This document shows positions 1 through 9,018 of a stretch of 64,000 nt of DNA, in pieces. Both the position numbers and the translations under genes were made by a program. Each line of letters begins with the position of its first letter. Positions within the stretch are counted from its first letter, which is position 1. Source of the stretch: Candidatus Poribacteria bacterium. GTDB taxonomy: Bacteria; Poribacteria; WGA-4E; WGA-3G. The DNA lies in contig CAXXLX010000001.1 of assembly GCA_963665235.2 (NCBI GenBank), positions 3,968,001-4,032,000 of the forward strand. Reading direction: 5' to 3'. Under the pieces are notes generated by a model that was given only the letters and a program-made list of their open reading frames with translations, was not told where the DNA came from and did no database searches.

Positions 1-2
1 CC

Positions 3-1889
3 AGCGAGCAGCGCAGCGGTCGAGGTTTTCCCTAATTTGCGAACCATGAGCCAAATAGAAACCGTAACGACCGCTAGGGTAACAAGTACTCCGATAAGTA
101 GACTCCGGCTGTGTATATGAAATTCTAGAAACGGCGTGCCGATAGCGGGCAACCACCACGTCTGCAAACCTACAAGCATGAGCTGCGCGTACGCAAACGC
201 GAATAGGCATCCGAGAAGACTCCCTAGACTGGCGATGCTAATCCCCTCATAGAGAAAACGGCGGCGGATTTTGGCGAGTGGATAGCCAACCGCTTGTAGA
301 ATGCCTATTTCCCGGGAACGTTGTTCAACACCGATACGGAAAAGCATTGCGACTAACACGGCTACCGCGATAATAATGAACCCGCTCAGGCTGCCAAACA
401 GCATGCCGAAGTCTGTCGCGCCTTTTGACGCTTGAAGTCCATCGGCTCGAAGGGGCACAAACTGAAACCCCACCTGTTCCGGCTGAATTTTTTTGAGAAG
501 TTCGGTTTCGAACAGCGCGCGGGTCTTCTGGATATCGCTCCCTGGCGCGATGCCTATCCGAATAGCGGTGATGTCGCCAAAACGGTTTCGCCAGAGCCGT
601 CTACCGGTTTCCAGGGCGATAAATGCCTTCGGCGTTGCCGCATAGTCGTCCCAATATGTCTCGTCCTGCTCGCGAATCAGCGTATAATCAAGAGGGAAGG
701 GGGGATTCCAATCGAATATATCGGTTGTGTCGTGGATACCCGGAAATTCGGGGATAAGGTCTCTGTCCGCAGCGATGCCTTGGATAGGTGTCCTGTGTTT
801 CAGACGAAACTGTCGCGTTTCGGTGATATATTGCTCCTTTGCGTCAACACGGTAGTAGGTGATACCGATGTTATCTCCGATTTTTACGCCGAGCTCATCT
901 GCTGTCCACGTATTTAGGATAATTTCATCGGTCGCGAGGGTAACGCCAAATTCGTTTTTATCAATCGGCAGTGCCATAATTGTAGAATACGGTACCGTCT
1001 TGTCGTTAGCCGTTATAGTATTTGCAAGGTAGGTCAGAGTTGGCATGGCAGCGATACGGTTTTCAGCGGCAACCTCCCACGCCTGTTTTGCCAACTGCGG
1101 TTTGAGAAGATAGTTGCGGCTTTGCACATCGAAGTGATTTTCCTGCTCCAGAATTTTTAATCCGAGCGCTTCTAGCGTGAGTGTCAGCATGTCCGATGAG
1201 ATTGGGGTTGTATCCGGTGTGAAAAGGACATTGACTTTGCCAGCCTGTCCGATTGCCTTTTGCAAAATAGGGAGTTCGATGTACGCGTTCAGCGGAACGT
1301 TTTGATGTGGACGCAGGCTGAATCTGCCTGCATTCCGTGTCGGAATAATATCACTGACGATTAAACGGAGTTCTTGGATGACCTCAGATGCCTCACGTTG
1401 CCCTAGCAGGAATTCAGGGTGTATATCAACCGCCTGTGGAAAATTAACCACAATTTGTGCGCCAACCGCAACGTTCAGTTCATTTTGGAGTGCCTCGTTA
1501 ATGACAATAGCGTTGAAGGGCTGGTCCGGGGGTTTATTAAAATTGGGGGTGGGCTCCGTTTCCCAGAGGCTGAAGAAGCTATCAGCTACGCCATAGATGT
1601 TAACCTTTGTCGCGCGGGTTTGCGTTGTCGGTGCGACAGCTGTTCCACTAATCAGAATAGCTGGCACCAGGTTTTCTCCATTTAGCAGCTCCGGCTGAAA
1701 AAAGTGGTCCGCGATGAGTGCATGTTGAATTGTGCCGAGTCGCTCTAACGTCAGGTTACGGAGACTTCCGCGTAACGAATCGCCAACGAGCAGGGCACCA
1801 GCGAGCACGCCGGTTGCGACTGCTGTGCAAAGGGCAACAGTGAGATGAATTTGCCAAAAATGTTTGTAGGATGCCCAAAATCTGCGCAT
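3..1889 (-). CDS. ABC transporter permease, FtsX/MacB-like (3' end runs off the window)
   Basis: Manual translation from ATG 1889: MRRFWASYKHFWQIHLTVALCTAVATGVLAGALLVGDSLRGSLR...; later FGMLFGSLSGFIIIAVAVLVAMLFRIGVEQRSREIGILQAVG, a FtsX-type signature; lies directly downstream of a LolD-like ATPase. Confidence 0.85.
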   Translation of the reverse strand, partial: MRRFWASYKHFWQIHLTVALCTAVATGVLAGALLVGDSLRGSLRNLTLERLGTIQHALIADHFFQPELLNGENLVPAILISGTAVAPTTQTRATKVNIYGVADSFFSLWETEPTPNFNKPPDQPFNAIVINEALQNELNVAVGAQIVVNFPQAVDIHPEFLLGQREASEVIQELRLIVSDIIPTRNAGRFSLRPHQNVPLNAYIELPILQKAIGQAGKVNVLFTPDTTPISSDMLTLTLEALGLKILEQENHFDVQSRNYLLKPQLAKQAWEVAAENRIAAMPTLTYLANTITANDKTVPYSTIMALPIDKNEFGVTLATDEIILNTWTADELGVKIGDNIGITYYRVDAKEQYITETRQFRLKHRTPIQGIAADRDLIPEFPGIHDTTDIFDWNPPFPLDYTLIREQDETYWDDYAATPKAFIALETGRRLWRNRFGDITAIRIGIAPGSDIQKTRALFETELLKKIQPEQVGFQFVPLRADGLQASKGATDFGMLFGSLSGFIIIAVAVLVAMLFRIGVEQRSREIGILQAVGYPLAKIRRRFLYEGISIASLGSLLGCLFAFAYAQLMLVGLQTWWLPAIGTPFLEFHIHSRSLLIGVLVTLAVVTVSIWLMVRKLGKTSTAALLA

Positions 1890-1902
1890 AATTGTTGTGT
1901 AG

Positions 1903-2607
1903 CTACGCCTTTAAAATCCCATCGGCGAGTTTAAGATGATTCTGAAACCGCGCGGCAAGTTCAAGATTGTGGGTCACGACGATTAAGATATTCTGTTCCG
2001 TGCTGTGGAGGTCAAAGAGCAGATTAGTAATTGTGTCAGCGGTAACGGTATCTAGATTGCCGGTGGGTTCATCACAGAGCAGAATGCTGGGGTGATTGAT
2101 TAGCGCGCGTGCAATAGCAACCCGCTGTCGCTCGCCGCCGGAGAGTTCTGCAGGTCGATGCGACATGCGGTCGGTTAACCCAACCCGTTGGAGAAGTTCA
2201 CGTGCCCGTTGTGTCGGATTTGTAGGGAGGGGTGTCCGCGTCCCGGTCGGTGCAGGTTTTTTAAAGGCGAGTGTCGGAATTAGCACATTTTCCAGCACGG
2301 AATACTGTGGCAGTAGATAGTGCTCCTGAAACACAAATCCGAGCACGGCGTTCCTATACCGGGCAAGTTCCGGTTCCGATAGCACAAACGGGTCGGTATT
2401 GTTAATTTCAACGTGTCCGCGGGAGGGTGCCTCTAAGGTGCCGATGATATGGAGAAGTGTGCTTTTTCCCGAACCGGAGGGGCCGGTAATGGCTACGGAC
2501 GCGCCTGCGTTGAACGTGAACGAGACATTTTTCAACACCTGGATTGCACCGAAATCCTTGTAAACATTAGAGACTTTCAGTTGAAGAGCGTCACTATTTT
2601 TTTGCAT
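1903..2607 (-). CDS. ABC transporter ATP-binding protein (LolD/MacB-like)
   Basis: Walker A GPSGSGKS, signature LSGGERQRVAIARAL, Walker B LLCDEPTGNLD. Confidence 0.95.
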   Translation of the reverse strand: MQKNSDALQLKVSNVYKDFGAIQVLKNVSFTFNAGASVAITGPSGSGKSTLLHIIGTLEAPSRGHVEINNTDPFVLSEPELARYRNAVLGFVFQEHYLLPQYSVLENVLIPTLAFKKPAPTGTRTPLPTNPTQRARELLQRVGLTDRMSHRPAELSGGERQRVAIARALINHPSILLCDEPTGNLDTVTADTITNLLFDLHSTEQNILIVVTHNLELAARFQNHLKLADGILKA

Positions 2608-2622
2608 GAGCGCGAAATGAGT

Positions 2623-3036
2623 TTACTCGGCAGAGATTTGATTGGCAATAAAATCGGGGATAGGGATAGCGCGTATCTTTTCACAAGGGTTGACGATGCA
2701 ACAGACCGTTGTGATTTCGCCACGCGCTATCTCCTCTCCCTGATGTGTAAAATGAAACTGATAGGTAAGCGACTTCGTCCCTTTTTTAGAGACAGACAGG
2801 TGGATATCCACCTCATCTTCAAACCGTAGTGGGTGTAGATATTCACACGAAGCGGCAATGCGGGGCCATCCGATTTTGTCACCGTTCCATTCGGTGGCCA
2901 CGCTGGTGCCGAGGCTTCGTAAAAATTCATGCTCGGCTGTTTCCATAAAGACGAAAAATCGGCTAAAATGGACAATACCCGCCATATCGGTATCCACGAA
3001 CTCAATTTTTCGTTTAGTTCGGTATTCAGTGTGCAT
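2623..3036 (-). CDS. Acyl-CoA thioesterase (4HBT/YbgC hot-dog family)
   Basis: FVDTDMAGIVHFSRFFVFME motif. Confidence 0.9.
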   Translation of the reverse strand: MHTEYRTKRKIEFVDTDMAGIVHFSRFFVFMETAEHEFLRSLGTSVATEWNGDKIGWPRIAASCEYLHPLRFEDEVDIHLSVSKKGTKSLTYQFHFTHQGEEIARGEITTVCCIVNPCEKIRAIPIPDFIANQISAE

Positions 3037-3114
3037 GCCTGTTAGCCGCCTTTAGGAACAACCAAAATTCCGTATTAAGTTAATGAATACACGCGTTGTT
3101 TCCCGCGGGCAGTG

Positions 3115-4542
3115 CTACATTCTTGGATAGTCTGGGACATCCTCGTAGCGTTGCCATGTTTCGGAAAAGATTCGCCAGTAACCATCCGCGGGGTCAATCA
3201 TTAACATGAGTTTTTTCGTGCCGATGTCGTTGTAAGCGGGCCGAGTTCCGGATGCAGGTGTTCCTTTGAAGGTCTGTATGAATTCCGCATCTGCGACGGC
3301 AGTATCGCCGTTAATCTGCAAGTTGGAAATTGTTACATCAATTTTTCCGTAGACGTTATTCAGTTTCTGCATCTTTGCTCGGAGCTGCTTCTTTGTAAGA
3401 TTGACAGAGCTTTGCTTCTTTCCGTCGCGCACGTTGACCCGTGTCACTTGAGCACGGTCTGCGTATATGGACATATAGGTTTCGAGTTCCTTATCTTCCC
3501 AGGCGCGGCGCCATTTCTCCAAAATCTGTCTGACCTTGAGTTGTGTATCAATAGGGGCGTTGCCATCGAAGGTGCCAGCGGAAGATTCACCGGAGACTGT
3601 ATCAGCTCCGGGCTGTTCATCTTGTGGGACATTTTGCAGCTGCGATATAGACGTTCCGAGCTCGTCGTTAATCAGTTTCCAGTTGCGTCTGAAAAACCCT
3701 TTCTTTTCAATGGTAAGGGTGCGGGTGTGGCTATCAATGACCATTCCATCGCTAGACAACGTTACGTTGATATTATCAACGGTGTATCTATTTTTTGAGC
3801 GTGGTACTTTGCTATAGATAGCTTGTGTTAGGTCAACCTGTGCTTCCTGTGATACTTGAGCGAGGGCGAGTTGGAAATTACTTTTCTGTTTTTTCCGGGC
3901 GGATTTATCCCAGAGGTCGGTATACCTCTTCTCGTCTTGTGCTTCAAGTGCCTTTTTCCATTCTAGGACGAGCGGTGCGACTGGACTGTCCGGTTGTGAA
4001 ACATCAGCAGTTTGCGTTTCCGTTGGTGTTTCCGACTCGAAGGTGGTCCCCGGTGGTGCAAGCTCTTCGCTAACTACCTCATCTCTGAGTAGTTTCCACC
4101 GCTGCTGAATGAGTCCTTTCTTTTGAATGGTGAGGTTCCGGGACTGGAGTCTTGGTTCCCCGGGTATGTATACAAGGGTCGGGATTCCTTCAATTTGTAG
4201 CTGGTTAGGGTCCCGAAAGTTTTTGCGAATGTTGTCTTCAGCGTACCGGATATCGACTTCGATGCGGTATTTGTCTTGGAGGAGCTGCGCTGTTGGCGTG
4301 TATCCTGCATCTGCTTGTTTTCGTGCGCTGCCAATCCAAAGTGCCTTATATTTTTTGAGTTCGCCGGACTCAAGTGCGCTTTTCCATTTAGACAAAAACG
4401 CGACAGGTTTTTCACTAGAGCTCATAAGCATGAGGCCACAGATGATTAAGATGACGATTACCGCTGCGAGTCCGCCCCATTTTAGTGCAGGTGGCAAAGC
4501 GGTTAGAAAGTTTCGCTGTGGCATGTTTTGAGGATTGTTCAT
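3115..4542 (-). CDS. Membrane-anchored protein with three NTF2/SnoaL-like repeats
   Basis: N-terminal TM helix; three repeats starting KWKSALE / EWKKALE / KWRRAWE and ending WKL/WRI; SD AAGGAGG upstream. Confidence 0.75.
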   Translation of the reverse strand: MNNPQNMPQRNFLTALPPALKWGGLAAVIVILIICGLMLMSSSEKPVAFLSKWKSALESGELKKYKALWIGSARKQADAGYTPTAQLLQDKYRIEVDIRYAEDNIRKNFRDPNQLQIEGIPTLVYIPGEPRLQSRNLTIQKKGLIQQRWKLLRDEVVSEELAPPGTTFESETPTETQTADVSQPDSPVAPLVLEWKKALEAQDEKRYTDLWDKSARKKQKSNFQLALAQVSQEAQVDLTQAIYSKVPRSKNRYTVDNINVTLSSDGMVIDSHTRTLTIEKKGFFRRNWKLINDELGTSISQLQNVPQDEQPGADTVSGESSAGTFDGNAPIDTQLKVRQILEKWRRAWEDKELETYMSIYADRAQVTRVNVRDGKKQSSVNLTKKQLRAKMQKLNNVYGKIDVTISNLQINGDTAVADAEFIQTFKGTPASGTRPAYNDIGTKKLMLMIDPADGYWRIFSETWQRYEDVPDYPRM

Positions 4543-4554
4543 CAGCTTACCTCC

Positions 4555-5919
4555 TTAAAAATCTGGAACATTTTCGTAGATTTGCCAGATTTCGCGATAG
4601 ATTTTCCATTTTCCCTGAACTTGATGCGCCCAGATTTCGCGAATCCAAATGTTGTATAAATCGGTTTCGTCTTCGGTTTCAGCAGCAGCAGCGAGTCGGC
4701 TGAACCTGTATCGTCCGATAACACTTTCCTGTTCAACTTCGGAGTCAGCCCGTGTTTTCCGCCAGGGGTGCGCGTTCATTGTGCGTATGGCAGATTCGAG
4801 CTGGTTCCGGTCGAGCGTGCTACGATTCTCCTTACTCTCACGGGTCAAAATTTTTGTGGTAGTGACATTTGGGGCATAGTATGCGAGATGCGCGTTAAGA
4901 TTCTTGGCATTCCATGCCTTCTCCCATCCGCTAAGTGCTGCTTTGCCAGCAGTGATTTGTGCGGTGGAGAGGGATGTTCTGCCAGTGCGTTTTGGCTTAT
5001 AATTTTCTTGACTTTTTACGAATGCGCGGGCTTCTTCCGCTGATTTCTTGATAAATTCATCATGTTCCGCGGAGGTGCTGCGCTTGTTCGCCTGTGCAAG
5101 TTTAGCCGTATAGATTTTCGCCTGATCTTGCATCTGCTTTTCCTTATCACGTACCTGCTGTTTGAAAACTTCAGCTTCAGCGATAGCGACACGTTTCTGT
5201 CGGCTTTCCGCTTTTACCATGGATTCGGCAACTTCAAGTTTTTGGGCGAGCTGCTTTATTTCAACGCCGTAGGTGCGGAGCTCGGCTTCAGCCTTTTTGC
5301 TTTGGGCTTGAAGGGCTTCTACAGTGTTATTGAGTGCTGCCACCTTTTCGCCGTAAGCTTTTCGGGTATCGCTCAGTTCAAGCTTCTCCTTTTCAAGCGT
5401 ACGCATATTTTCTCGGAGAGCTCTTTCGCTATCTTGGAGGTTTTGAACCTGCTTTTCGAGGGCGGTATATACTGTTTGCTTCTCTTTAAGGCTTTCGCGG
5501 AGTTCGCTGACCCGTTCATCCTTTTCGAGAAGTTTTGCGTTGAGTTCAGCATTCAGGGCGTTGTGCTCAGCTTTTCGCTGTGCAATTTTTGCTTGCGTAA
5601 GGGCTTGGTAAGCAAACAGCATTGCGTCATTACCGTTTTTCTCTGCTAACGCGGCTTTTGCTTTTTCAAGCTCCGCTTCGGCTTGCTCAAATTCTTCAAA
5701 AGCAAGTGAGGGGGCGTTAGCGGTACGAGCCGAGGCTATTGCCGCCTCCGCCTCTATCATGACTGTGTCGACTGTTTGGGGTTCAACTTTACCGAGTTTT
5801 CCACTACACGCAGCAAGAAACATCGGCAGAAGCAATAAACCAGCAAGAACAACTTTGTGAGAAAGTTGATTGAACTTGACAAAGACTTTTCGGTGTATGG
5901 GGATGCAGACTTGTTTCAT
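4555..5919 (-). CDS. Putative lipoprotein: DUF4398-like helix, long coiled coil, C-terminal NTF2-like domain
   Basis: Lipobox-like LAACSG; AEAAIASARTANA segment; heptad-rich middle; C-terminal WEKAWNAKNL...WKIYREIW. Confidence 0.7.
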   Translation of the reverse strand: MKQVCIPIHRKVFVKFNQLSHKVVLAGLLLLPMFLAACSGKLGKVEPQTVDTVMIEAEAAIASARTANAPSLAFEEFEQAEAELEKAKAALAEKNGNDAMLFAYQALTQAKIAQRKAEHNALNAELNAKLLEKDERVSELRESLKEKQTVYTALEKQVQNLQDSERALRENMRTLEKEKLELSDTRKAYGEKVAALNNTVEALQAQSKKAEAELRTYGVEIKQLAQKLEVAESMVKAESRQKRVAIAEAEVFKQQVRDKEKQMQDQAKIYTAKLAQANKRSTSAEHDEFIKKSAEEARAFVKSQENYKPKRTGRTSLSTAQITAGKAALSGWEKAWNAKNLNAHLAYYAPNVTTTKILTRESKENRSTLDRNQLESAIRTMNAHPWRKTRADSEVEQESVIGRYRFSRLAAAAETEDETDLYNIWIREIWAHQVQGKWKIYREIWQIYENVPDF

Positions 5920-5944
5920 TTTTAGGCTCCTTTATTTTAATTTA

Positions 5945-6115
5945 GCGCGTTGGCGAATAGCAATTTGCCAATTAGCAGTTAGCAAGAGGTCAGATTACAG
6001 ATAGGTTTCTAATGCGCTTCACATACCTCTTTCTCTTGCTAACGATTTCCAAAAGCCATTACCGGATTTCACTTCGTTTAACCCGGTCTACAAGGACAGC
6101 TAAGTAGCAACTTGA
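5945..6115. repeat. Representative of a dispersed heptamer (TTAGCAA/TTGGCAA/ATAGCCA) intergenic repeat family
   Basis: Related blocks at ~6876-7082, 16212-16325, 27280-27380, 31600-31830, 33885-34010, 39070-39190, 47032-47165. Confidence 0.75.
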
Positions 6116-6215
6116 TTTACAATATATGTTCGTTGAATTGAAAGTTAGTTTTTAAACCCAATTTGTAGGGATGCTTAGAGCTCGCTTTGACATCCTGCGT
6201 CAGCGCGAGCATAGT

Positions 6216-6689
6216 CTAATTCGCTCCGGAGATAAGGAGCGGAAGTTCTCGGAAAAGGTAACGTTGATTTCTCATATATAGGGTGAGTGTATTGCGACTT
6301 TGGGACACGGCAAGCACGATGTGTCCTGTCTCTTTAGCAAACTTATCTGCCGTCCGGTGGCGTAAACCTGTCTCTTTAGAGAAAATAGATGGATTCACCC
6401 GTAACGTGACATTAGCTCGTGCAATCCGTTTCATATCAGCAGAAAGGATAATCGCACCATCCATTTTTGCCAATTCCGCCAATCGCATCGGCGTATATTG
6501 ACAATTTATCTGGAAGCCGCCCTCTGTCAAATCTAGGATATCCGGTGTATCCCCAACCACTATTAAGCCGCCCGTGTTACCTTGGATAATGTAATCAATC
6601 CCTTCTCTGAGAGAAGTGCCTGGTGATAGCAGTTGCAAAGTTGCAACGAGTTCCCGTTCCTTCTGATTTTCTGTAGGGATTCTTTGCAT
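6216..6689 (-). pseudogene. disA: Truncated DisA: diadenylate cyclase (DAC) domain only
   Basis: PGTSLREG, ELAKMDGAIILS and ETGLRHRTA motifs; ends at TAG where DisA has Q (ISGAN*TMLAL); linker and HhH domain absent; SD upstream of ATG 6689. Confidence 0.8.
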
Positions 6690-6711
6690 TATCCTCACCT
6701 CCCTTGTATAT

Positions 6712-6740
6712 AGTATACCATGTCTAACGTGCGGTGTCAA
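6712..6740 (-). promoter_or_regulatory. sigma70 promoter of the disA fragment
   Basis: TTGACA-17bp-TATACT on the minus strand. Confidence 0.7.
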
Positions 6741-6839
6741 GGTTAATTTTCATGAACGCCGTGTCGTTCAACCCGCTCCATGGTTTTCACAATTTTCCAA
6801 CACGTCTCGGACGTATCAGATGAAATTTCTAAAATTCGT

Positions 6840-6868
6840 TTGACTTTACACCCAAATAAGGGTATAAT
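6840..6868 (+). promoter_or_regulatory. Orphan sigma70 promoter facing the repeat region
   Basis: TTGACT-17bp-TATAAT; no credible + strand CDS in the following ~1.6 kb. Confidence 0.6.
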
Positions 6869-7394
6869 ATATAGAGCAATTAGCGATTGGCGATTGGCAA
6901 TTAGCAAGAAATATAAGAAAGAGAACACTTCCTCTTCTCTTTGTTTCTTCCTCTTGCTATTGGTTTCCAATAGTTTCCATAAGTTTCCAATGGCCAGCGA
7001 AGCCATAGGTTTCCAACAGCTATTGTCGGATTGGACTTCGTTCAACCCGACGGACAAGGACAGCTAAGTAGCAACTTGAGTTAATATAGTTAGCTGATTA
7101 ACCCGCCTGCCCTCTTATCAGGGGGGAGCCGGGGCGTTTTCATCGGTAATTTCAAATTTCGGTAAAAGTCTTCAGTTCAGTACTGTAACGCTTGAAAACC
7201 GATTAAAGAAACAATTAATTGAATTTTATCAAGTATACGTCTTGGCGGAGGGTGTGTAAAGTTTTTGTACTATGATAGAGGGAAGGGTGGAAGCGTGAAT
7301 TTCGGGTGTGTTGTCTGAATCGCGGATTTATCGGATTTCGCGGATTTTAAGATGCGTAGCAATAGAAGGTTTGTGATTATGAGCTAGGGTGTTG

Positions 7395-7640
7395 TGTTTT
7401 CTATAAATATACCGCCCCGCTGGGGCTAGATTGTCTGGCACTCGTGCTTCTATAAACATACCGCCCCGCTGGGGCTAGATTGTGTTGTGTTGTTGTGTTT
7501 TCTATAAATATACCGCCCCGCTGGGGCTAGATTGTCTGGCACTCGTGCTTCTATAAACATACCGCCCCGCTGGGGCTAGATTGTGTTGTGTTGTTGTGTT
7601 TTCTATAAATATACCGCCCCGCTGGGGCTAGATTGTCTGG
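7395..7640 (-). repeat. Array of 5 REP-like X units (CTAGCCCCAGCGGGGCGGTATNTTTATAGAA), alternating ~49/52 bp period
   Basis: ccgccccgctggggctag at ~7412, 7461, 7513, 7562, 7614 with two alternating linkers. Confidence 0.9.
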
Positions 7641-7672
7641 CGTTCACATTAAACATGTCGCCCCGATACCGC

Positions 7673-8337
7673 TAGTCCCGTAGGGACGATATATTTATAG
7701 AAGCAGATGTTTCAACAACCCATAGTCCCGTAGGGACGATATATTTATAGAAGCAGATGTTTCAACAACCCATAGTCCCGTAGGGACGATAGATTTATAG
7801 AAGGCACATAGTCCCGTGACGATTCTTTATAAAGCATACCCATAGTCCCGTAGGGACGATATATTTATAGAAGCAGATGTTTCTACAACCCATAGTCCCG
7901 TAGGGACGATATCTTTATAGAAGCAGATGTTTCCATAACCCCTTCCCGTAGGGACGATATCTTTATAGAAGCAGATGTTTCCATACCCCTAGTCCCGTAG
8001 GGACGATATATTTATAGAAGCAGATGTTTCAACAACCCATAGTCCCGTAGGGACGATATATTTATAGAAGCAGATGTTTCAACAACCCATAGTCCCGTAG
8101 GGACGATATATTTATAGAAGCAGATGTTTCAACAACCCATAGTCCCGTAGGGACGATATATTTATAGAAGCAGATCAACAACCCATTTAGGAATTTCGAC
8201 AACCCCATAGTCCCGTAGGGACGATATATTTATAGAAGCAGATGTTTCAACAACCCATAGTCCCGTAGGGACGATATATTTATAGAAGCAGATGTTTCAA
8301 CAACCCATAGTCCCGTAGGGACGATATATTTATAGAG
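7673..8337 (+). repeat. Array of ~14 REP-like Y units (TAGTCCCGTAGGGACGATATATTTATAGAAGCAGATGTTTCAACAACCCA), ~50 bp period
   Basis: Direct tandem repeats, a few degenerate; hairpin GTCCC-GTA-GGGAC. Confidence 0.9.
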
Positions 8338-8414
8338 ATTAGTGAAAACGGACATTTATTTTCAAACTCACGTTTAAGTACAAAAATTTTACACACCCTA
8401 TACGTCAGTTATAT

Positions 8415-8444
8415 TTGACTTAATAAGGTGAACTTTGGTATAAT
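8415..8444 (+). promoter_or_regulatory. sigma70-like promoter upstream of the Rpn remnant
   Basis: TTGACT-18bp-TATAAT. Confidence 0.5.
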
Positions 8445-8506
8445 AAATTGCAATACACCAGACCAAACTTATTTGCTATTTGTAAAGGTGACAACTATGA
8501 AAAATA

Positions 8507-8914
8507 CAGTGGCGGCGTGCCATCACCTATATCAGTTTGCTGATTTTACATCGGCGACCGCATGAAGAACACGATGACTTGAATACATTGGTTGAAGATC
8601 AGATACGAGATGAATCTCGTAAAAAGGAGGCAAGCGAAATGTCACAATCCATGGCGGAAAAGACCTTCCAACAAGGCGAAGCACGCGGTGAAAGACGCGG
8701 TGAGAAACGCGGTATAGAAATCGGTGAAAAACGCGGTGAGCTGCGTGCGAAACGCCAAGCTACGCTAACCTTACTCCAACTGCGTTTTGACAACGTTCCT
8801 GACACACTCATCCGAAAAATTAACGCAATGCGCAGCATGGCACGTCTCGACGCACTTTATGAAAAAGCCGCCCTTGCAACAACCCTCGAAGATATCGATT
8901 GGGAAAATCTCTAA
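8507..8914 (+). pseudogene. C-terminal remnant of an Rpn/YhgA-like (PD-(D/E)XK) protein; internal ORF 8639-8914
   Basis: QWRRAITYISLLILHRRP...MSQSMAEKTFQQGEARGERRGEKRG...LLQLRF; N-terminal nuclease missing; AAGGAGG 8 nt before ATG 8639. Confidence 0.65.
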
Positions 8915-9018
8915 GACAGAAGTTCAATAGCCGGGGGGAGAATGCGTTCTGTCCTAGAGAGGTTAAACACCGCAGATTTTTATTATTCACTAATACATAC
9001 TTAGAGAGGTCATTCAAC

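Larger units (their letters stand above)
7250..8398. mobile_element. Family A non-autonomous TIR element, copy 1 (carries REP-like arrays)
   Basis: TIRs GGGTGTGTAAAGTTTTTGTACT / AGTACAAAAATTTTACACACCC; both subterminal regions recur inverted at 32338-33664; TATACGTC at 7234-7241 and 8399-8406; no transposase. Confidence 0.8.

Noticed and set aside
6117-6218. Pyrrolysine readthrough of the disA TAG
   Set aside because: The frame closes ~33 codons later without the DisA linker or HhH domain; there are no pyl genes; the nearby radical SAM enzyme is KamA-type, not PylB.
7395-8337. CRISPR array (also 32395-33495, 47397-47745, 58571-58714)
   Set aside because: Inter-repeat segments are identical or alternating rather than unique spacers; there are no cas genes; the arrays lie inside TIR elements.
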